Positions 9,087 to 18,617 of a stretch of DNA of 64,000 nucleotides are shown here, one piece after another. The first letter of the stretch is position 1, and each line of letters starts with the position of its first letter. Both the position numbers and the translations under genes were made by a program. Below the pieces are notes generated by a model. It did not search any database. It worked only from the letters and a program-made list of their open reading frames with translations, and was not told where the DNA came from. Source of the stretch: Candidatus Undinarchaeota archaeon. GTDB taxonomy: Archaea > SpSt-1190 > DYHY01 > CAZGQF01. The DNA lies in assembly GCA_964527545.1 (NCBI GenBank), contig CAZGQF010000002.1, positions 157,981-221,980 on the forward strand. Direction: 5' to 3'.

Positions 9087-9323
9087 ATGGACGGCTACAG
9101 GGAGCACGCCGAGCTCGCGGTGGAGCTGGCGGAGCGGGACGACTTCAAGGCGGCGCAAAAGCACCTCTATGCAGCGGCCGAAAAGGTCAGCAACTTGGAG
9201 CTCGGCGAGAGGGAGGCTGAGTGGGACAAGTACGTCAACCCCGCGAGGAAGGCTGTCCTTGCGGCGAGGAAGAGGAGAAAGAAGAGAGAGGCCGAGAAGG
9301 AGATGGCCTACCTGAACAGCTGA
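9087..9323 (+). CDS. Small basic hypothetical protein (78 aa)
   Basis: TATA-like aaagcttaaatcc ~27 nt upstream of ATG; Lys/Arg-rich C-terminus. Confidence 0.4.
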   Translation: MDGYREHAELAVELAERDDFKAAQKHLYAAAEKVSNLELGEREAEWDKYVNPARKAVLAARKRRKKREAEKEMAYLNS

Positions 9324-9364
9324 CCTCCGAAAACGCTTTTTAAGTGATAGGCCCGGGGAGGGCC

Positions 9365-10642
9365 ATGGAGAAGCTCCTTGAGGGCGTGCTGGAGAGGATC
9401 GTCCCCTCGGAAGAGGAAGAGCACGCCATCTTCACGCAGGCCACGCGTCTCCAGAGGATCGGGGAGAAAGTGATGCCGAAGAGCGTGAAGGCTGTCCTCG
9501 TCGGCTCCCTTGCCAAGGGGACGTGGCTCCGCAACAAGGCAGACATCGACCTCTTCTTTCTCTTCCAACCGTTCTTCCCGCTCGAAGAGGCGATGCCGCT
9601 ACTCCACAAGGTGGCCGACGAGCTGGAGGGAGAGAGGGAGCTGCTCTACGCCCAGCACCCCTACCTCCACGTCCACTTCAGGGACACTCTCGGCGGGGAG
9701 AAGATCTACGAAGCCGATCTCGTGCCTGCGTACGACGTCCCGCCCGACAAGATAAGAAGCGCCGTCGACCGCTCGCCCTACCACACGGAGTTCGTGAGAG
9801 AGAATCTGGCATCGCCCGACGACGCAAGGCTCCTCAAGCAGTTCTGCAGCGGGATAGGCGTCTACGGCGCCGACATGGTCCACCAGGGCTTCAGCGGCTA
9901 CCTCTGCGAGCTGCTGGTCATAAGATTCGGCTCCTTCAGAGACGCAGTCGAAGAGGCTGCCGCTTGGGAAGTCCCGCAGAAGGTGGAAGGCCTCGTCGAG
10001 CACTCGTCCAAAATGGAGTTCGGGGAGCCTCTCGTCTTGAGGGACCCAGTCGACCCGGACAGGAACGTGGCTGCCGCGGTGAGCGAGAAGACACTCAAGA
10101 AGTTCATAAAGGCGTGCAAGGCCTTCGTAAAGAAGCCGACAGAGAAGTTCTTTTTCAAGGAGTCCCTCCCCGACATCCCTCTCGAGAGCATGGAAGGCCT
10201 TCTCGTCGTGAAAGTAAAGGCAGACGAGGCGACGGAGGACATCATCGCCTCCCAGACGCGGAGCTTGATGCTCTGGACTGTGGGCCAGCTGAACTGCCAG
10301 GGCTTCCAGGTCGAGAGATACGAGCTCTTCGAGGAGGCCTTCGCAGTCATCGTCAAGAACGAAAAGCTCCCGGAAGAGGAAATCCACGAAGGGCCGCCAC
10401 TCAAGCTGGAGGAGCACTGCGAGAAGTTCATGGAGAAGTGGCCCGATGCCTACGAGGAAAATGGGAAGCTGAAGGTGGTAAGAAAAAGAGAGTTCACGGA
10501 CGCGAGGAGTTTTCTGGAGGCGGTCCTGCCCAAGCACCTGCCCAACCACGTCCAGGACGTCGAGGTCGTGAAAAAGCCGAGGGGAAAGCTGAAGAAGAGA
10601 GTCGCAGTCTTCGTGGAGGGGATACCCTCCTGGAGGTTTTGA
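9365..10642 (+). CDS. cca: tRNA CCA-adding enzyme (archaeal class I nucleotidyltransferase)
   Basis: GSLAKGTWL...DIDLF nucleotidyltransferase motif; ~425 aa; TATA ctttttaag ~28 nt upstream of ATG 9365 (an alternative GTG lies at 9344). Confidence 0.9.
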   Translation: MEKLLEGVLERIVPSEEEEHAIFTQATRLQRIGEKVMPKSVKAVLVGSLAKGTWLRNKADIDLFFLFQPFFPLEEAMPLLHKVADELEGERELLYAQHPYLHVHFRDTLGGEKIYEADLVPAYDVPPDKIRSAVDRSPYHTEFVRENLASPDDARLLKQFCSGIGVYGADMVHQGFSGYLCELLVIRFGSFRDAVEEAAAWEVPQKVEGLVEHSSKMEFGEPLVLRDPVDPDRNVAAAVSEKTLKKFIKACKAFVKKPTEKFFFKESLPDIPLESMEGLLVVKVKADEATEDIIASQTRSLMLWTVGQLNCQGFQVERYELFEEAFAVIVKNEKLPEEEIHEGPPLKLEEHCEKFMEKWPDAYEENGKLKVVRKREFTDARSFLEAVLPKHLPNHVQDVEVVKKPRGKLKKRVAVFVEGIPSWRF

Positions 10643-10644
10643 AG

Positions 10645-11607
10645 ATGTACGCTGCGCTTCTCGCTGGGACTCACGAACCGCTCGCCCAGGCAGAGCTGGA
10701 CGCGCTCACGGAGATGACTCGGGTGAAGAGGAAGGGCAGGGTCCTCCTCTTCGAGAGTGAGAGAGTCGAGAGGGGGAAGAAAGCGGCGCTCACCCACTTC
10801 GTCGGAGAGCTTGTCGCGGAAGGCGGCATAGACGACGTAGTCAATGCAGACATCTCCCTGGAGGGGAGCTTCGCGGCCAGGGCGGTCCGCGTCCCCCAGG
10901 GCCTGGACGAAAACCTGCCGGCACTCGAGGCTGCGCTCGGCGAGCACGTCCTCGCCCAGAACGAGAAGAGCTGGGTCGACCTGGAGAGGCCCGAGACCGT
11001 CGTGAAGGTGATAGTGACTGGCGGCGACTGCTTCCTGCTGAAACAGCTCTACGAGTGCGAGAGGAGCTTTGCAGAGCGCCACCCCGCGGAGAGGCCGTTC
11101 TTCCACCCGTCGAGCGTCCACTCCAAGATGGCAAGGGTGCTGGTCAACCTCGCGGGCGTGGAGGAAGGCGACAGGGTGCTCGACCCGTTCTGCGGCGCAG
11201 GCGGCATCCTTCTCGAGGCGGCGAGCGTCGGCGCGCAGGCCTTCGGCGTGGACGCAGACCCCAAGATGGCGGAGGGGGCGAGAAAGAACCTTGCCTATTT
11301 CAACTTCCCTGGCGAGATCCAGGACGGCCTGGCCCAGGAGACGGCGAAGCTCTTCAAGTTCAAGTTCGACGCCGTGGTGACCGACCCGCCCTACGGCAAG
11401 AACTCATCTGTGAAGGCAGGCGGCCTCGACAACATCGTCCTCGCCCAGATAGGTGAGAGGCTGAAGGGAGGCGGACGTCTCGTTTTGACCGCGGACAGAA
11501 GAAGGGACGAGATGCTGGAAGGCCACTTCGACGTTCTCTTCCACTACTCACTACGCGTCCACAAGTCCCTGACCAGGGAGATCTACGTCATGGAGGCAAA
11601 GAGATGA
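10645..11607 (+). CDS. THUMP-domain tRNA (guanine-N2)-methyltransferase (Trm-G10/Trm11-like)
   Basis: LDPFCGAGGILLEA (SAM motif I) and VVTDPPYG (motif IV) after a THUMP-like N-terminal half; ATG 3 nt after the cca stop. The 9523..11607 ORF-table entry is an out-of-frame upstream extension. Confidence 0.8.
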   Translation: MYAALLAGTHEPLAQAELDALTEMTRVKRKGRVLLFESERVERGKKAALTHFVGELVAEGGIDDVVNADISLEGSFAARAVRVPQGLDENLPALEAALGEHVLAQNEKSWVDLERPETVVKVIVTGGDCFLLKQLYECERSFAERHPAERPFFHPSSVHSKMARVLVNLAGVEEGDRVLDPFCGAGGILLEAASVGAQAFGVDADPKMAEGARKNLAYFNFPGEIQDGLAQETAKLFKFKFDAVVTDPPYGKNSSVKAGGLDNIVLAQIGERLKGGGRLVLTADRRRDEMLEGHFDVLFHYSLRVHKSLTREIYVMEAKR

Positions 11608-12476
11608 TAGAGGTCTTCTTCTTGGGGACGGGCTCGACGGTCCCAAACATAGAGAGGTTCCACTCGTCCGTCGCCTTGAGGAGAAAGGGCGACCTCTTCC
11701 TCTTCGACTGCGGAGAGGGCTGCCAGATCCGCATACAGCAGCTCCACCTCTCCCCCCACAAGATAGGGCGCATCTTCGTCTCCCACTTCCACGGCGACCA
11801 CTGCTTCGGCCTTCCAGGCCTCCTCTACTCCATGGGTATCAACAACAGGAAAGACCCGCTCTACATCCACTCAGGCTCCCCTGGCACGATGAAGACGTTC
11901 CTCGAGTTCCTCGAGAACGACGTCCCATTCCCCATCTTCTACGAGGGGCCGGAGTACGACGGCGAGGAGGTCTTCGTCAGGGCGATGAAGACGAGCCACA
12001 GCCGTTTCTCCCACGCCTTCCGCTTCGAGGAGAGGCCCAAGATCAACGTGGAGACAGAAGAGCTGAGGAAGAGGGGGATACCGGACGGGCCGCACCTGAA
12101 GCAGCTCCGCACCGGCGACATGACCTACAAGGGAAAGAACTACTCACAGGAACAGCTGACGAGGACGACGCCGGGCAAGTCGATAGTCTACTCCGGCGAC
12201 ACGATTCCCATGGGCGAGATGGTCGACTTCGCCAAGAACGTGGACCTCCTGATCCACGAATGCACCTTCGGCGACGACCTCGAAAAGAAGGCGGCGGAGA
12301 GGAAGCACAGCTGGTCCTCGGCTGTTGCAAAGATAGCGGCCCAGGCAGAAGTGAAGAGACTCGCACTCATCCACTTCTCCCGGCGCTACGACGACGCGGC
12401 CAAACTGAAGAAGGATGCTGAGAAGTTCTTCCCTCGCGTCTTCGTGGCCAAGGACCTGATGAAGGTAAGAGTATGA
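11604..12476 (+). CDS. rnz: Ribonuclease Z (tRNA 3'-processing endonuclease)
   Basis: Metallo-beta-lactamase HFHGDH motif and FLGTGS N-terminus; start overlaps the upstream stop (ATGA). Confidence 0.9.
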   Translation: MIEVFFLGTGSTVPNIERFHSSVALRRKGDLFLFDCGEGCQIRIQQLHLSPHKIGRIFVSHFHGDHCFGLPGLLYSMGINNRKDPLYIHSGSPGTMKTFLEFLENDVPFPIFYEGPEYDGEEVFVRAMKTSHSRFSHAFRFEERPKINVETEELRKRGIPDGPHLKQLRTGDMTYKGKNYSQEQLTRTTPGKSIVYSGDTIPMGEMVDFAKNVDLLIHECTFGDDLEKKAAERKHSWSSAVAKIAAQAEVKRLALIHFSRRYDDAAKLKKDAEKFFPRVFVAKDLMKVRV

Positions 12477-13423
12477 CCCTCGAGGAGCTCCTGGTCAAGC
12501 AGCAGTACAGGCTGAGCGGCCACGCCGCCGTCAAGATCTGCCACTACACCAAGACCGCCCTGAAAGGGGAGGGCACTTGCTACAAGCAGAAGTTCTACGG
12601 AATTCCCAGCCACCGCTGCCTCCAGATGACGCCCAGCTACGGGTGGTGCACCCACTCCTGCAGGTTCTGCTGGCGGCCCATAGAGGAGAGCGGCCTGCCA
12701 GAGCCGGAGTGGCAGGAGCCGGAAAAGTTCATGCCCGCCCTCATCGAGGCGCAGAGAAAACTTTTGAGCGGCTTCAAGGGCGAGCCGTCCTGCGAGAGAA
12801 GACTGTGGGAAGAGGCGCAGGAGCCGTCCCAGGTCGCCATCTCCCTGGCAGGCGAGCCGACCCTCTACCCCTTCCTGCCCGCGCTGATAGATTGGTGCGG
12901 GAAGAGAGGGATGACCACATTCCTCGTCTCCAACGGGACGAGACCCGGGATGATGGCGAAGGCGGAGCCGACACAGCTCTACATGACTCTCCCCTCCCCC
13001 GACGAGGAGACTTACAAGAAGACCTGCAGGGCCAATCTCTGGTCGAAGATAATGGAGTCCCTCGAGCTCTTTCCTTCACTGCCGAGCAGGAGGGTCATCC
13101 GCCTCACGCTAGCGAAGAAACTCAACATGAAGTCGCCGGAGCTCTACGCCAAGCTCATCGAGAAGGCGGAGCCGGACTACGTGGAAGCGAAGGCCTACAT
13201 GCACGTCGGCTTCAGCACCTACAGGATGAAGAGGTCGGCGATGCCCTCCTTCGAGGAGGTCCAGGCGTTCGCGGAGAGAGTGGCAGAAGAGAGCGGCTAC
13301 GAGATCACTGACAGCTTCGAGAAGGCGAGGGTGGTTTTGCTCTCCCGGGACGGGAAGGCAGCAAGGCGCCGCATCATAGGAAAGGAAAGTTTAAAGGCAA
13401 GTTCCAATGGTGAAGGGCGATGA
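12473..13423 (+). CDS. taw1: tRNA 4-demethylwyosine synthase (radical SAM, Taw1/TYW1 family)
   Basis: Radical-SAM CTHSCRFCW cluster, N-terminal KICHYTKTAL motif typical of Taw1; ~316 aa; start overlaps the rnz stop. Confidence 0.8.
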   Translation: MTLEELLVKQQYRLSGHAAVKICHYTKTALKGEGTCYKQKFYGIPSHRCLQMTPSYGWCTHSCRFCWRPIEESGLPEPEWQEPEKFMPALIEAQRKLLSGFKGEPSCERRLWEEAQEPSQVAISLAGEPTLYPFLPALIDWCGKRGMTTFLVSNGTRPGMMAKAEPTQLYMTLPSPDEETYKKTCRANLWSKIMESLELFPSLPSRRVIRLTLAKKLNMKSPELYAKLIEKAEPDYVEAKAYMHVGFSTYRMKRSAMPSFEEVQAFAERVAEESGYEITDSFEKARVVLLSRDGKAARRRIIGKESLKASSNGEGR

Positions 13424-13620
13424 ACGTAAGGAACCTCCTCTACTGGATTCTTGGCGCCTGCTCCATAACGCTGGGCGTCCTCATCCTCGGAAACTACCAG
13501 ATCGTGGCAGGGGCGGACGCGGTCACCACGGCCCTCAGCATCCTGGTCGCCCTGTTGACTTTCATGCTTGGCGGGCTGATGTGGATAGGGACGGCCGTCA
13601 ACATAAAAGAGAAGGAGTAG
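13420..13620 (+). CDS. Small two-TM membrane protein (66 aa)
   Basis: Two hydrophobic helices; ATG overlaps the taw1 stop (ATGA). Confidence 0.35.
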   Translation: MNVRNLLYWILGACSITLGVLILGNYQIVAGADAVTTALSILVALLTFMLGGLMWIGTAVNIKEKE

Positions 13621-13621
13621 C

Positions 13622-14191
13622 TCACTTCAGCTCCACTGAACTGAAGAGGACCTTCTTGGTCGGGTAGACCTTGCTCATCTCCTCTTTCAGCTTGGCCTGC
13701 AGCTCCTCTGCCAGCGTCTTGGTGACCAGGGCCTCGAATGTCAGCTCCTTCACGGCCTCCTCAATCCTCTCTTCCAGCTGTTTCTGGAGCGCGGCCCTCT
13801 GGGTCTCTGTGCAGCGCCTCAGGGTGAAGGCTACCGCCTTGAGCCTCACTTTTTTCCCGTCCTTGGTCTCGAGGTCGAGCACTGAGCTCACTTTCGTGGA
13901 GCGCCTGCGGGTCATGGAACGGAGGTAGCTCCTCATCAGAGTCACTCCCTCGAGCTCAGTCTTTGCCTTGTTGCCCTCGATCGACGAGACCCTGAACAGG
14001 AGCTTCATGTTCCGCGGGCCGTCGCCCACCTCGCTGGCGATGACGCTCATCTTCCTCCCCTCTACCATCTTCTTCTCGAGGGCGGGCGTCTCGCCCACTT
14101 TAACGCTCTCGAAGAGGGGCGGGGCGGTAATGTCGTACCACGTCTTCCTCTTCCACAAGTCCCTGGTGGTCCCCCTTTTCTTTACTGCCAT
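13622..14191 (-). CDS. rps3ae: 30S ribosomal protein S3Ae (eS1)
   Basis: N-terminal MAVKKRG...KRKTWYDITAP signature of S3Ae; 189 aa. Confidence 0.9.
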   Translation of the reverse strand: MAVKKRGTTRDLWKRKTWYDITAPPLFESVKVGETPALEKKMVEGRKMSVIASEVGDGPRNMKLLFRVSSIEGNKAKTELEGVTLMRSYLRSMTRRRSTKVSSVLDLETKDGKKVRLKAVAFTLRRCTETQRAALQKQLEERIEEAVKELTFEALVTKTLAEELQAKLKEEMSKVYPTKKVLFSSVELK

Positions 14192-14194
14192 CTC

Positions 14195-14656
14195 TTATCT
14201 CCCCGAAACGATTATTGAAGCCCTCTCAGGCGCGTAAGACCAGTCCTTGGGCAGCTTCCCCGTCCGCTTGTAGTACTTCACGAGCCGCCATATCTTCATC
14301 TCCGTGTTGTTGAGCTGGCGCCTGTTGTGGACGTCGCTCGGATTCCTCTCCAAGTGCTTCCTCAAGCGGACCGCCTTGGTGAGCAGGTGGAACAGGTCCT
14401 CCGGGACCTCAGGCTCAGCGCCCTCCTCCTCGAGAACCTCGGAGACGGACTTCTTGATTGCGAGCTTGACCGACGGGATGCCGTACTCGTCCCTCAGCCT
14501 GCGCCCTATCTCGCTGGGCATCATGCCCTTCTTCCCCATCTTGACGATGAGCTTCTCTACCTCTTCCGGGCTGTAGTCGACCCAGAGCGGCCTGCTGGCC
14601 CGCAGAGGCCTCTTGGAGCCGGATTTGCCCTTGCTGTGCGAATAGATTCTTGCCAT
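14195..14656 (-). CDS. rps15: 30S ribosomal protein S15P/S13e (uS15)
   Basis: MARIYSHSKGKSGSKRP N-terminus typical of archaeal S15P; 153 aa; TATA aagcttataaatgg upstream. Confidence 0.9.
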   Translation of the reverse strand: MARIYSHSKGKSGSKRPLRASRPLWVDYSPEEVEKLIVKMGKKGMMPSEIGRRLRDEYGIPSVKLAIKKSVSEVLEEEGAEPEVPEDLFHLLTKAVRLRKHLERNPSDVHNRRQLNNTEMKIWRLVKYYKRTGKLPKDWSYAPERASIIVSGR

Positions 14657-14746
14657 TCATTTCACCGACAGGTTTGGCTTTGCAAGGAGGGAATCCCCCT
14701 CACATTGCCAACCCCGGAAGAGGGAAGAGAGGCCATTTATAAGCTT

Positions 14747-15580
14747 TCAGTAGTCGCCGTAGAAGTTGGAGAGCTTGAACCTGTGACCCTGGAACCTCTC
14801 CACGGCCAGCCTGCTGAATGGCTCCCACTCTATCTCCAGGTATCCTGCGCCCGACTGCTCGCCCTTTACCCACTCCCTAGGTATGCTTTTTTCCAGCGCC
14901 AGTTCCAATGGCACGTAGGCAATGGCCTGCACCTCTTCAGTCGGGATGCTGACGTCAGGCCTCATCCCCAGCGTGTCGACGGCTGTCACGCAGCCTATCA
15001 AGGGGACGCCCTTGTAGAGGCCCCTCCCCTCTCCGTCGCCCATGTCTGCGAAAGAGCAGAGAAGGGTCTCGCTACCCAGGCGGGCTGAAGGGACATTCCT
15101 CTCCTCGAAGAGCTCCCTCCTGTAGGCCCTGTCTGTGGCGTGCTTCAAGACTTCGCCCGAAACGGAGTCTTCGGAACTGAGAGTCAGCCCCTCAATCTCG
15201 AAACTCGTTCCCTTCTTGAAGCCGTTCACCTTGCCGGTGACTGTCTGCCAGCCGCCAGGCCAGTAGTCGTTGTAGCCAGTCCTCTGGTGCAGGTCGATGA
15301 AGAGGCCATCTTCCTCCTCGGAGTAGGGGATGCAGACGATGGCGAGGCCCCACTGTTCGACCTCGCTCTCCTTGAATTTCTCCCTCATTCCTGGATTGTA
15401 CTGGAAGAACTGCGAGTCCAAGTCTGCGTCTACCATCGGCAGGCCTGGCTTCTCGGCACTACCGCCTTTCACGTCCACCACGCGGAGTGTGTTTATCAGA
15501 GCGGGTGAAGCGAGGGAGACCTGTTCTCTTGCCTTTTCAAACGAAGGTCTGTTGGACATGAAAGAGACCATCCACCCCAC
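14747..15580 (-). CDS. Hypothetical protein (277 aa)
   Basis: Coding-like ORF; TATA ctattataac adjacent, so the true start is probably an internal ATG (MVSF.. at 15571 or MSNRP.. at 15559); no motif recognised. Confidence 0.5.
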   Translation of the reverse strand: MGWMVSFMSNRPSFEKAREQVSLASPALINTLRVVDVKGGSAEKPGLPMVDADLDSQFFQYNPGMREKFKESEVEQWGLAIVCIPYSEEEDGLFIDLHQRTGYNDYWPGGWQTVTGKVNGFKKGTSFEIEGLTLSSEDSVSGEVLKHATDRAYRRELFEERNVPSARLGSETLLCSFADMGDGEGRGLYKGVPLIGCVTAVDTLGMRPDVSIPTEEVQAIAYVPLELALEKSIPREWVKGEQSGAGYLEIEWEPFSRLAVERFQGHRFKLSNFYGDY

Positions 15581-15777
15581 GTTATAATAGTTACCATTTC
15601 ACAGAGACGACTAATTCAGCTTCAGGCTCTTCTTCTCGAACTCCACGAAGTCTGCCTCCATTATCTCCAGGGAGATGTCCCTCAATATCAGCTTGATAGG
15701 GTCCTCTTCTCTCACTCAATCCACCTCTCCCGCCCAAGACTCCCCGATGCCGACCCATGACAATATGGCGGGAACCC

Positions 15778-16212
15778 CTATTTATCCCTTGGTCTCCGTT
15801 TGGTGGACGAGCCGCAGACTTCACAGACTTCGCCTTCCTGCTCTCTGCCGCAGCCGGTGCAGACCCTCACCCACTCCCACTTCTCCCGTATGCCCCGCTT
15901 CTCCCCGCCTTCCCACTCCACGCCCAGCTCCTCGCAGACGTTCTGCATCGAGTAGTCGTCTGTCGCGAGAACAGCTTTTTTCTCAAGGGCGAGGGCGACC
16001 AGCTCGATGTCGTTCTCGGAGAGGTCGTGGACGTCGCCCGTTCTCTCCGCCGCCTTTCTCACTCTCGCCACCGACTTCTCTGACGGAATCAGCTGCTCTA
16101 CCATCATCCCGGAGAGGCGGCCCCTGATCTCCTCCATCACCGCCGGCGTTGTCACGAGCTCTCCCTCGGGCAGGGGGCCGTGGATGAACATGTTGGCGTC
16201 GACGACCTTCAT
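15778..16212 (-). CDS. nob1: Nob1-like PIN-domain endonuclease with C-terminal zinc ribbon
   Basis: MKVVDANMFIHG..D PIN acidic residues; C-terminal CTGCG...CEVCG ribbon. Start reassigned to the ATG at 16212, because the upstream 138 codons of ORF 15778..16626 are antisense to aIF5A. A palindromic TATA ttttttaaaa lies 24 nt upstream. Confidence 0.8.
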   Translation of the reverse strand: MKVVDANMFIHGPLPEGELVTTPAVMEEIRGRLSGMMVEQLIPSEKSVARVRKAAERTGDVHDLSENDIELVALALEKKAVLATDDYSMQNVCEELGVEWEGGEKRGIREKWEWVRVCTGCGREQEGEVCEVCGSSTKRRPRDK

Positions 16213-16291
16213 CCCCACCCACCGGAAAGCTTTTTTAAAAGAGTTTGAGGCGGAGAGGCATGGACTCAGTGACTCTCTCTGGTGTTTTGGC
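16213..16291. promoter_or_regulatory. Divergent promoter region between nob1 and aIF5A with palindromic TATA box ttttttaaaa (16231-16240)
   Basis: TATA centred 24 nt upstream of the nob1 ATG, consistent with a leaderless mRNA. Confidence 0.5.
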
Positions 16292-16675
16292 ATGAGCGAC
16301 AAGAGGACAGCCTCCATGAGCGACCTCAAGGAGGGGAAGTTCGTGATAATAGACGGCCATCCCTGCAGGGTGATCAAGATACAGACCAGCAGGCCGGGAA
16401 AGCACGGCCACGCCAAGTACAGAGTCAGCGCGGAGAGCGTCACCGACGGCAGCAAGCACAACCTGATGGGTCCGTCGGACACGAAGATAGAGATCCCCAT
16501 GCTCGACAAGAGAAGCGCCCAGGTCCTCCGCGTGAGCGGAGGCGAGGTCCAGCTGATGGACCTCGAGAACTTCGAGACTTTCACGCTTGAGGTCCCGAAA
16601 GGAAAGGAGATGGAGGAGGGCGGCAAGACCTACTACTGGATCGTCCTCGGCCAGAAGCTCCTCGAGCTCGCTTAA
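16292..16675 (+). CDS. eif5a: Translation initiation factor 5A (aIF5A, hypusine-containing)
   Basis: Hypusine loop TSRPGKHGHAKY; ~127 aa; the ORF-table entry 16007..16675 is extended upstream through a non-coding overlap. Confidence 0.9.
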   Translation: MSDKRTASMSDLKEGKFVIIDGHPCRVIKIQTSRPGKHGHAKYRVSAESVTDGSKHNLMGPSDTKIEIPMLDKRSAQVLRVSGGEVQLMDLENFETFTLEVPKGKEMEEGGKTYYWIVLGQKLLELA

Positions 16676-16711
16676 GAGAAGACATATTTACGCGTCTGTT
16701 GACACCTCTCC

Positions 16712-17437
16712 ATGGAGGACTTCCATGTCCACACCGACCTCTCGGTCTGCGGACTGCATCACGGCGGCAGGGGCTACACCGACAGGGAGATAGTGAAGAA
16801 ACTGGAAGGCAAACTCGAGAGCATCGGCCTCTGCGACCACATGGAGGGGTTCACCGACGTCAAGAGGTTCATGAAAGTCACGAAAAAGAGGAGGGGGTGG
16901 ATACCTGACAACGTCCACCTCGGGGCGGAGGTCTCATTCATTCCCTCCCTCAGAAAGCTGACTCTTCCCAAAAAGCTCGCGAAAGAGTTCGACTATCTCA
17001 TCGGCAGCGTCCACACCCTTCCCTACTACGCAGTCGATCACTCACACGCTTCGTTCTACGAAAAGAAAGTGGAACTCTACGGCGAGGAGAAGCTCGCGGC
17101 CGCCTACATCGACGCAATCAAGGGGCTGGCGCCCCACGTGCAGGTGATCGGCCATCCATTCAGCCCCTTCATCCGCGTGGGCAGGTACCTCGGCGACGAG
17201 TTCGTCTCCCAGTTTGCGGAGGCGATCGACGGCCGCGCCCTGGCGGAGATCAACCTTAGAGTTCTCCGCAGACGCGACAAACCCATCTTCAAGCGCTACC
17301 TCGAGTCGATGAGAGAAGAAGGGTGCGAGTTCTGCCTGGGGAGCGACGCCCACTCTTTCGAAGAGCTAAAATATGATATAGTTGAACCTCTTCTGAGGGA
17401 GACAGGCATCAAGAGTCTCGGGAGTCCGGTGGCATGA
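16712..17437 (+). CDS. PHP-domain metal-dependent phosphoesterase
   Basis: HVHTDLSVCG N-terminal PHP motif and further His/Asp motifs (GSDAHS). Confidence 0.65.
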   Translation: MEDFHVHTDLSVCGLHHGGRGYTDREIVKKLEGKLESIGLCDHMEGFTDVKRFMKVTKKRRGWIPDNVHLGAEVSFIPSLRKLTLPKKLAKEFDYLIGSVHTLPYYAVDHSHASFYEKKVELYGEEKLAAAYIDAIKGLAPHVQVIGHPFSPFIRVGRYLGDEFVSQFAEAIDGRALAEINLRVLRRRDKPIFKRYLESMREEGCEFCLGSDAHSFEELKYDIVEPLLRETGIKSLGSPVA

Positions 17438-18447
17438 AGCAGCAGATACGGGAGAAGATCTGGAAGGAGCTGGGCAGCTACGGCGCCATCCCTCCGATAA
17501 GCAAGACAAAGCGCCTGCTGAAGCTGTTGAAGAGGAGAGTCGACGGCAAGAGAATTCACTTCACTGATACCGTCTCGGAGGAGATCGCTGGCGCCTTCGA
17601 GAGCTGTCCGAGTGAAGAGGCTGAGATAGTGGTCACCGGAGCTGTCGCTGCCAGCAACAGCGGCGCCTGCCTCGGGCTGGAGGAAAGAAAGTTCGACGGC
17701 AAGAAGGTCATAGCGGTCGTCGACTCAAAGCAGCTCGTCGAGACCGATCTCTACGACTTCACCGCCGACACCATAGTCACGCCGCACTACGTCATCGACT
17801 CCAAGAAGGTCGTGGGCATCGACGAGGCGGGGAGGGGCTGCGTCATAGGGCCTCTCGTGGTCGGAGCGGTCTGCGTGAAGAAGTGCGAACTCCCGCTGCT
17901 CAAGAGGATGGGCGCCTGCGACTCCAAGACACTCTCGCCGAGAAAGAGGGAGGTCTTGGACAAGAAGATAAGGGAGATGGCGGAGGTCTTCATCGAGGAG
18001 CTGCCGCCAGGCAAGATAGACGGGAGGAACGGCTCCCGGAAGAACCTCAACCGCCTGGAGGAGGAGGCCTTCCTCTCGCTCATCAGGCGAAGCGGGGCGA
18101 CAATAGTCTTCACCGACGCGCTGAGCAGGAACTGCAAGAACCTGGAGGGGAAGCTCGAACTCAACCTCGACCCCAACTTCAGGGTGACATGCTCAATCAG
18201 GGGGGACGCCAAGTTCCCAATCATAGGGGCTGCAAGCATAGTGGCCAAGGTGGAGAGGGACGCCAGGATCGAGGCGCTCAAAAAGAAATACGGCGACTTC
18301 GGGAGCGGCTACTGCCACGACGCGAAGACCAACAGCTTCCTCTCCGAATTCTACGCAGACAACAGGTTCTTCCCGCCCATAGTGAGGCGGAACTGGACCA
18401 CCCTCGAAAGGATCAAGGGCGAACTGACTCAGCAGACGCTCGGCTAG
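17434..18447 (+). CDS. rnhB: Ribonuclease HII with ~115 aa N-terminal extension
   Basis: GIDEAGRGCVIGPLVV, DSK, IAKVERD and YGDFGSGY motifs of RNase HII in the C-terminal ~220 aa, preceded by an unrecognised N-terminal domain; start overlaps the PHP gene stop. Confidence 0.85.
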   Translation: MKQQIREKIWKELGSYGAIPPISKTKRLLKLLKRRVDGKRIHFTDTVSEEIAGAFESCPSEEAEIVVTGAVAASNSGACLGLEERKFDGKKVIAVVDSKQLVETDLYDFTADTIVTPHYVIDSKKVVGIDEAGRGCVIGPLVVGAVCVKKCELPLLKRMGACDSKTLSPRKREVLDKKIREMAEVFIEELPPGKIDGRNGSRKNLNRLEEEAFLSLIRRSGATIVFTDALSRNCKNLEGKLELNLDPNFRVTCSIRGDAKFPIIGAASIVAKVERDARIEALKKKYGDFGSGYCHDAKTNSFLSEFYADNRFFPPIVRRNWTTLERIKGELTQQTLG

Positions 18448-18617
18448 AAGAGGGAGGGTATAACTCCGCGCGAGACCAGGACTCCATAGAGTACGAGGAG
18501 GATCACGAGAAAGACTGCGGCCTTCATCACTATCTTGGTCGTCTTCATCACGAACTTGTAGACGAGGAAGGCGGCCACTGCCAGGCCGACGAGGATCGCT
18601 ATGGTCACCGGGTCCAT
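18444..18617 (-). CDS. Small two-TM membrane peptide (57 aa), not in ORF table
   Basis: Minus-strand translation MDPVTIAILVGLAVAAFLVYKFVMKTTKIVMKAAVFLVILLVLYGVLVSRGVIPSLF; start overlaps the agmatinase stop by 13 nt. Confidence 0.3.
   Translation of the reverse strand: MDPVTIAILVGLAVAAFLVYKFVMKTTKIVMKAAVFLVILLVLYGVLVSRGVIPSLF

Noticed and set aside
9523-11607. 694-aa ORF-table entry
   Set aside because: The 5' ~370 codons are an out-of-frame overlap of cca with Arg/Gly-rich junk translation; the real gene (THUMP methyltransferase) starts at ATG 10645.
15599-15703. 34-aa GTG-start minus-strand ORF (VREEDPIKLILRDISLEIMEADFVEFEKKSLKLN) downstream of nob1
   Set aside because: Begins immediately after an in-frame stop with no promoter or SD, and is too short; probably non-coding spacer.
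16213-16626. N-terminal 138 codons of ORF 15778..16626 (-)
   Set aside because: Antisense to aIF5A and low-complexity; Nob1 homology begins at MKVVDANMF (16212).
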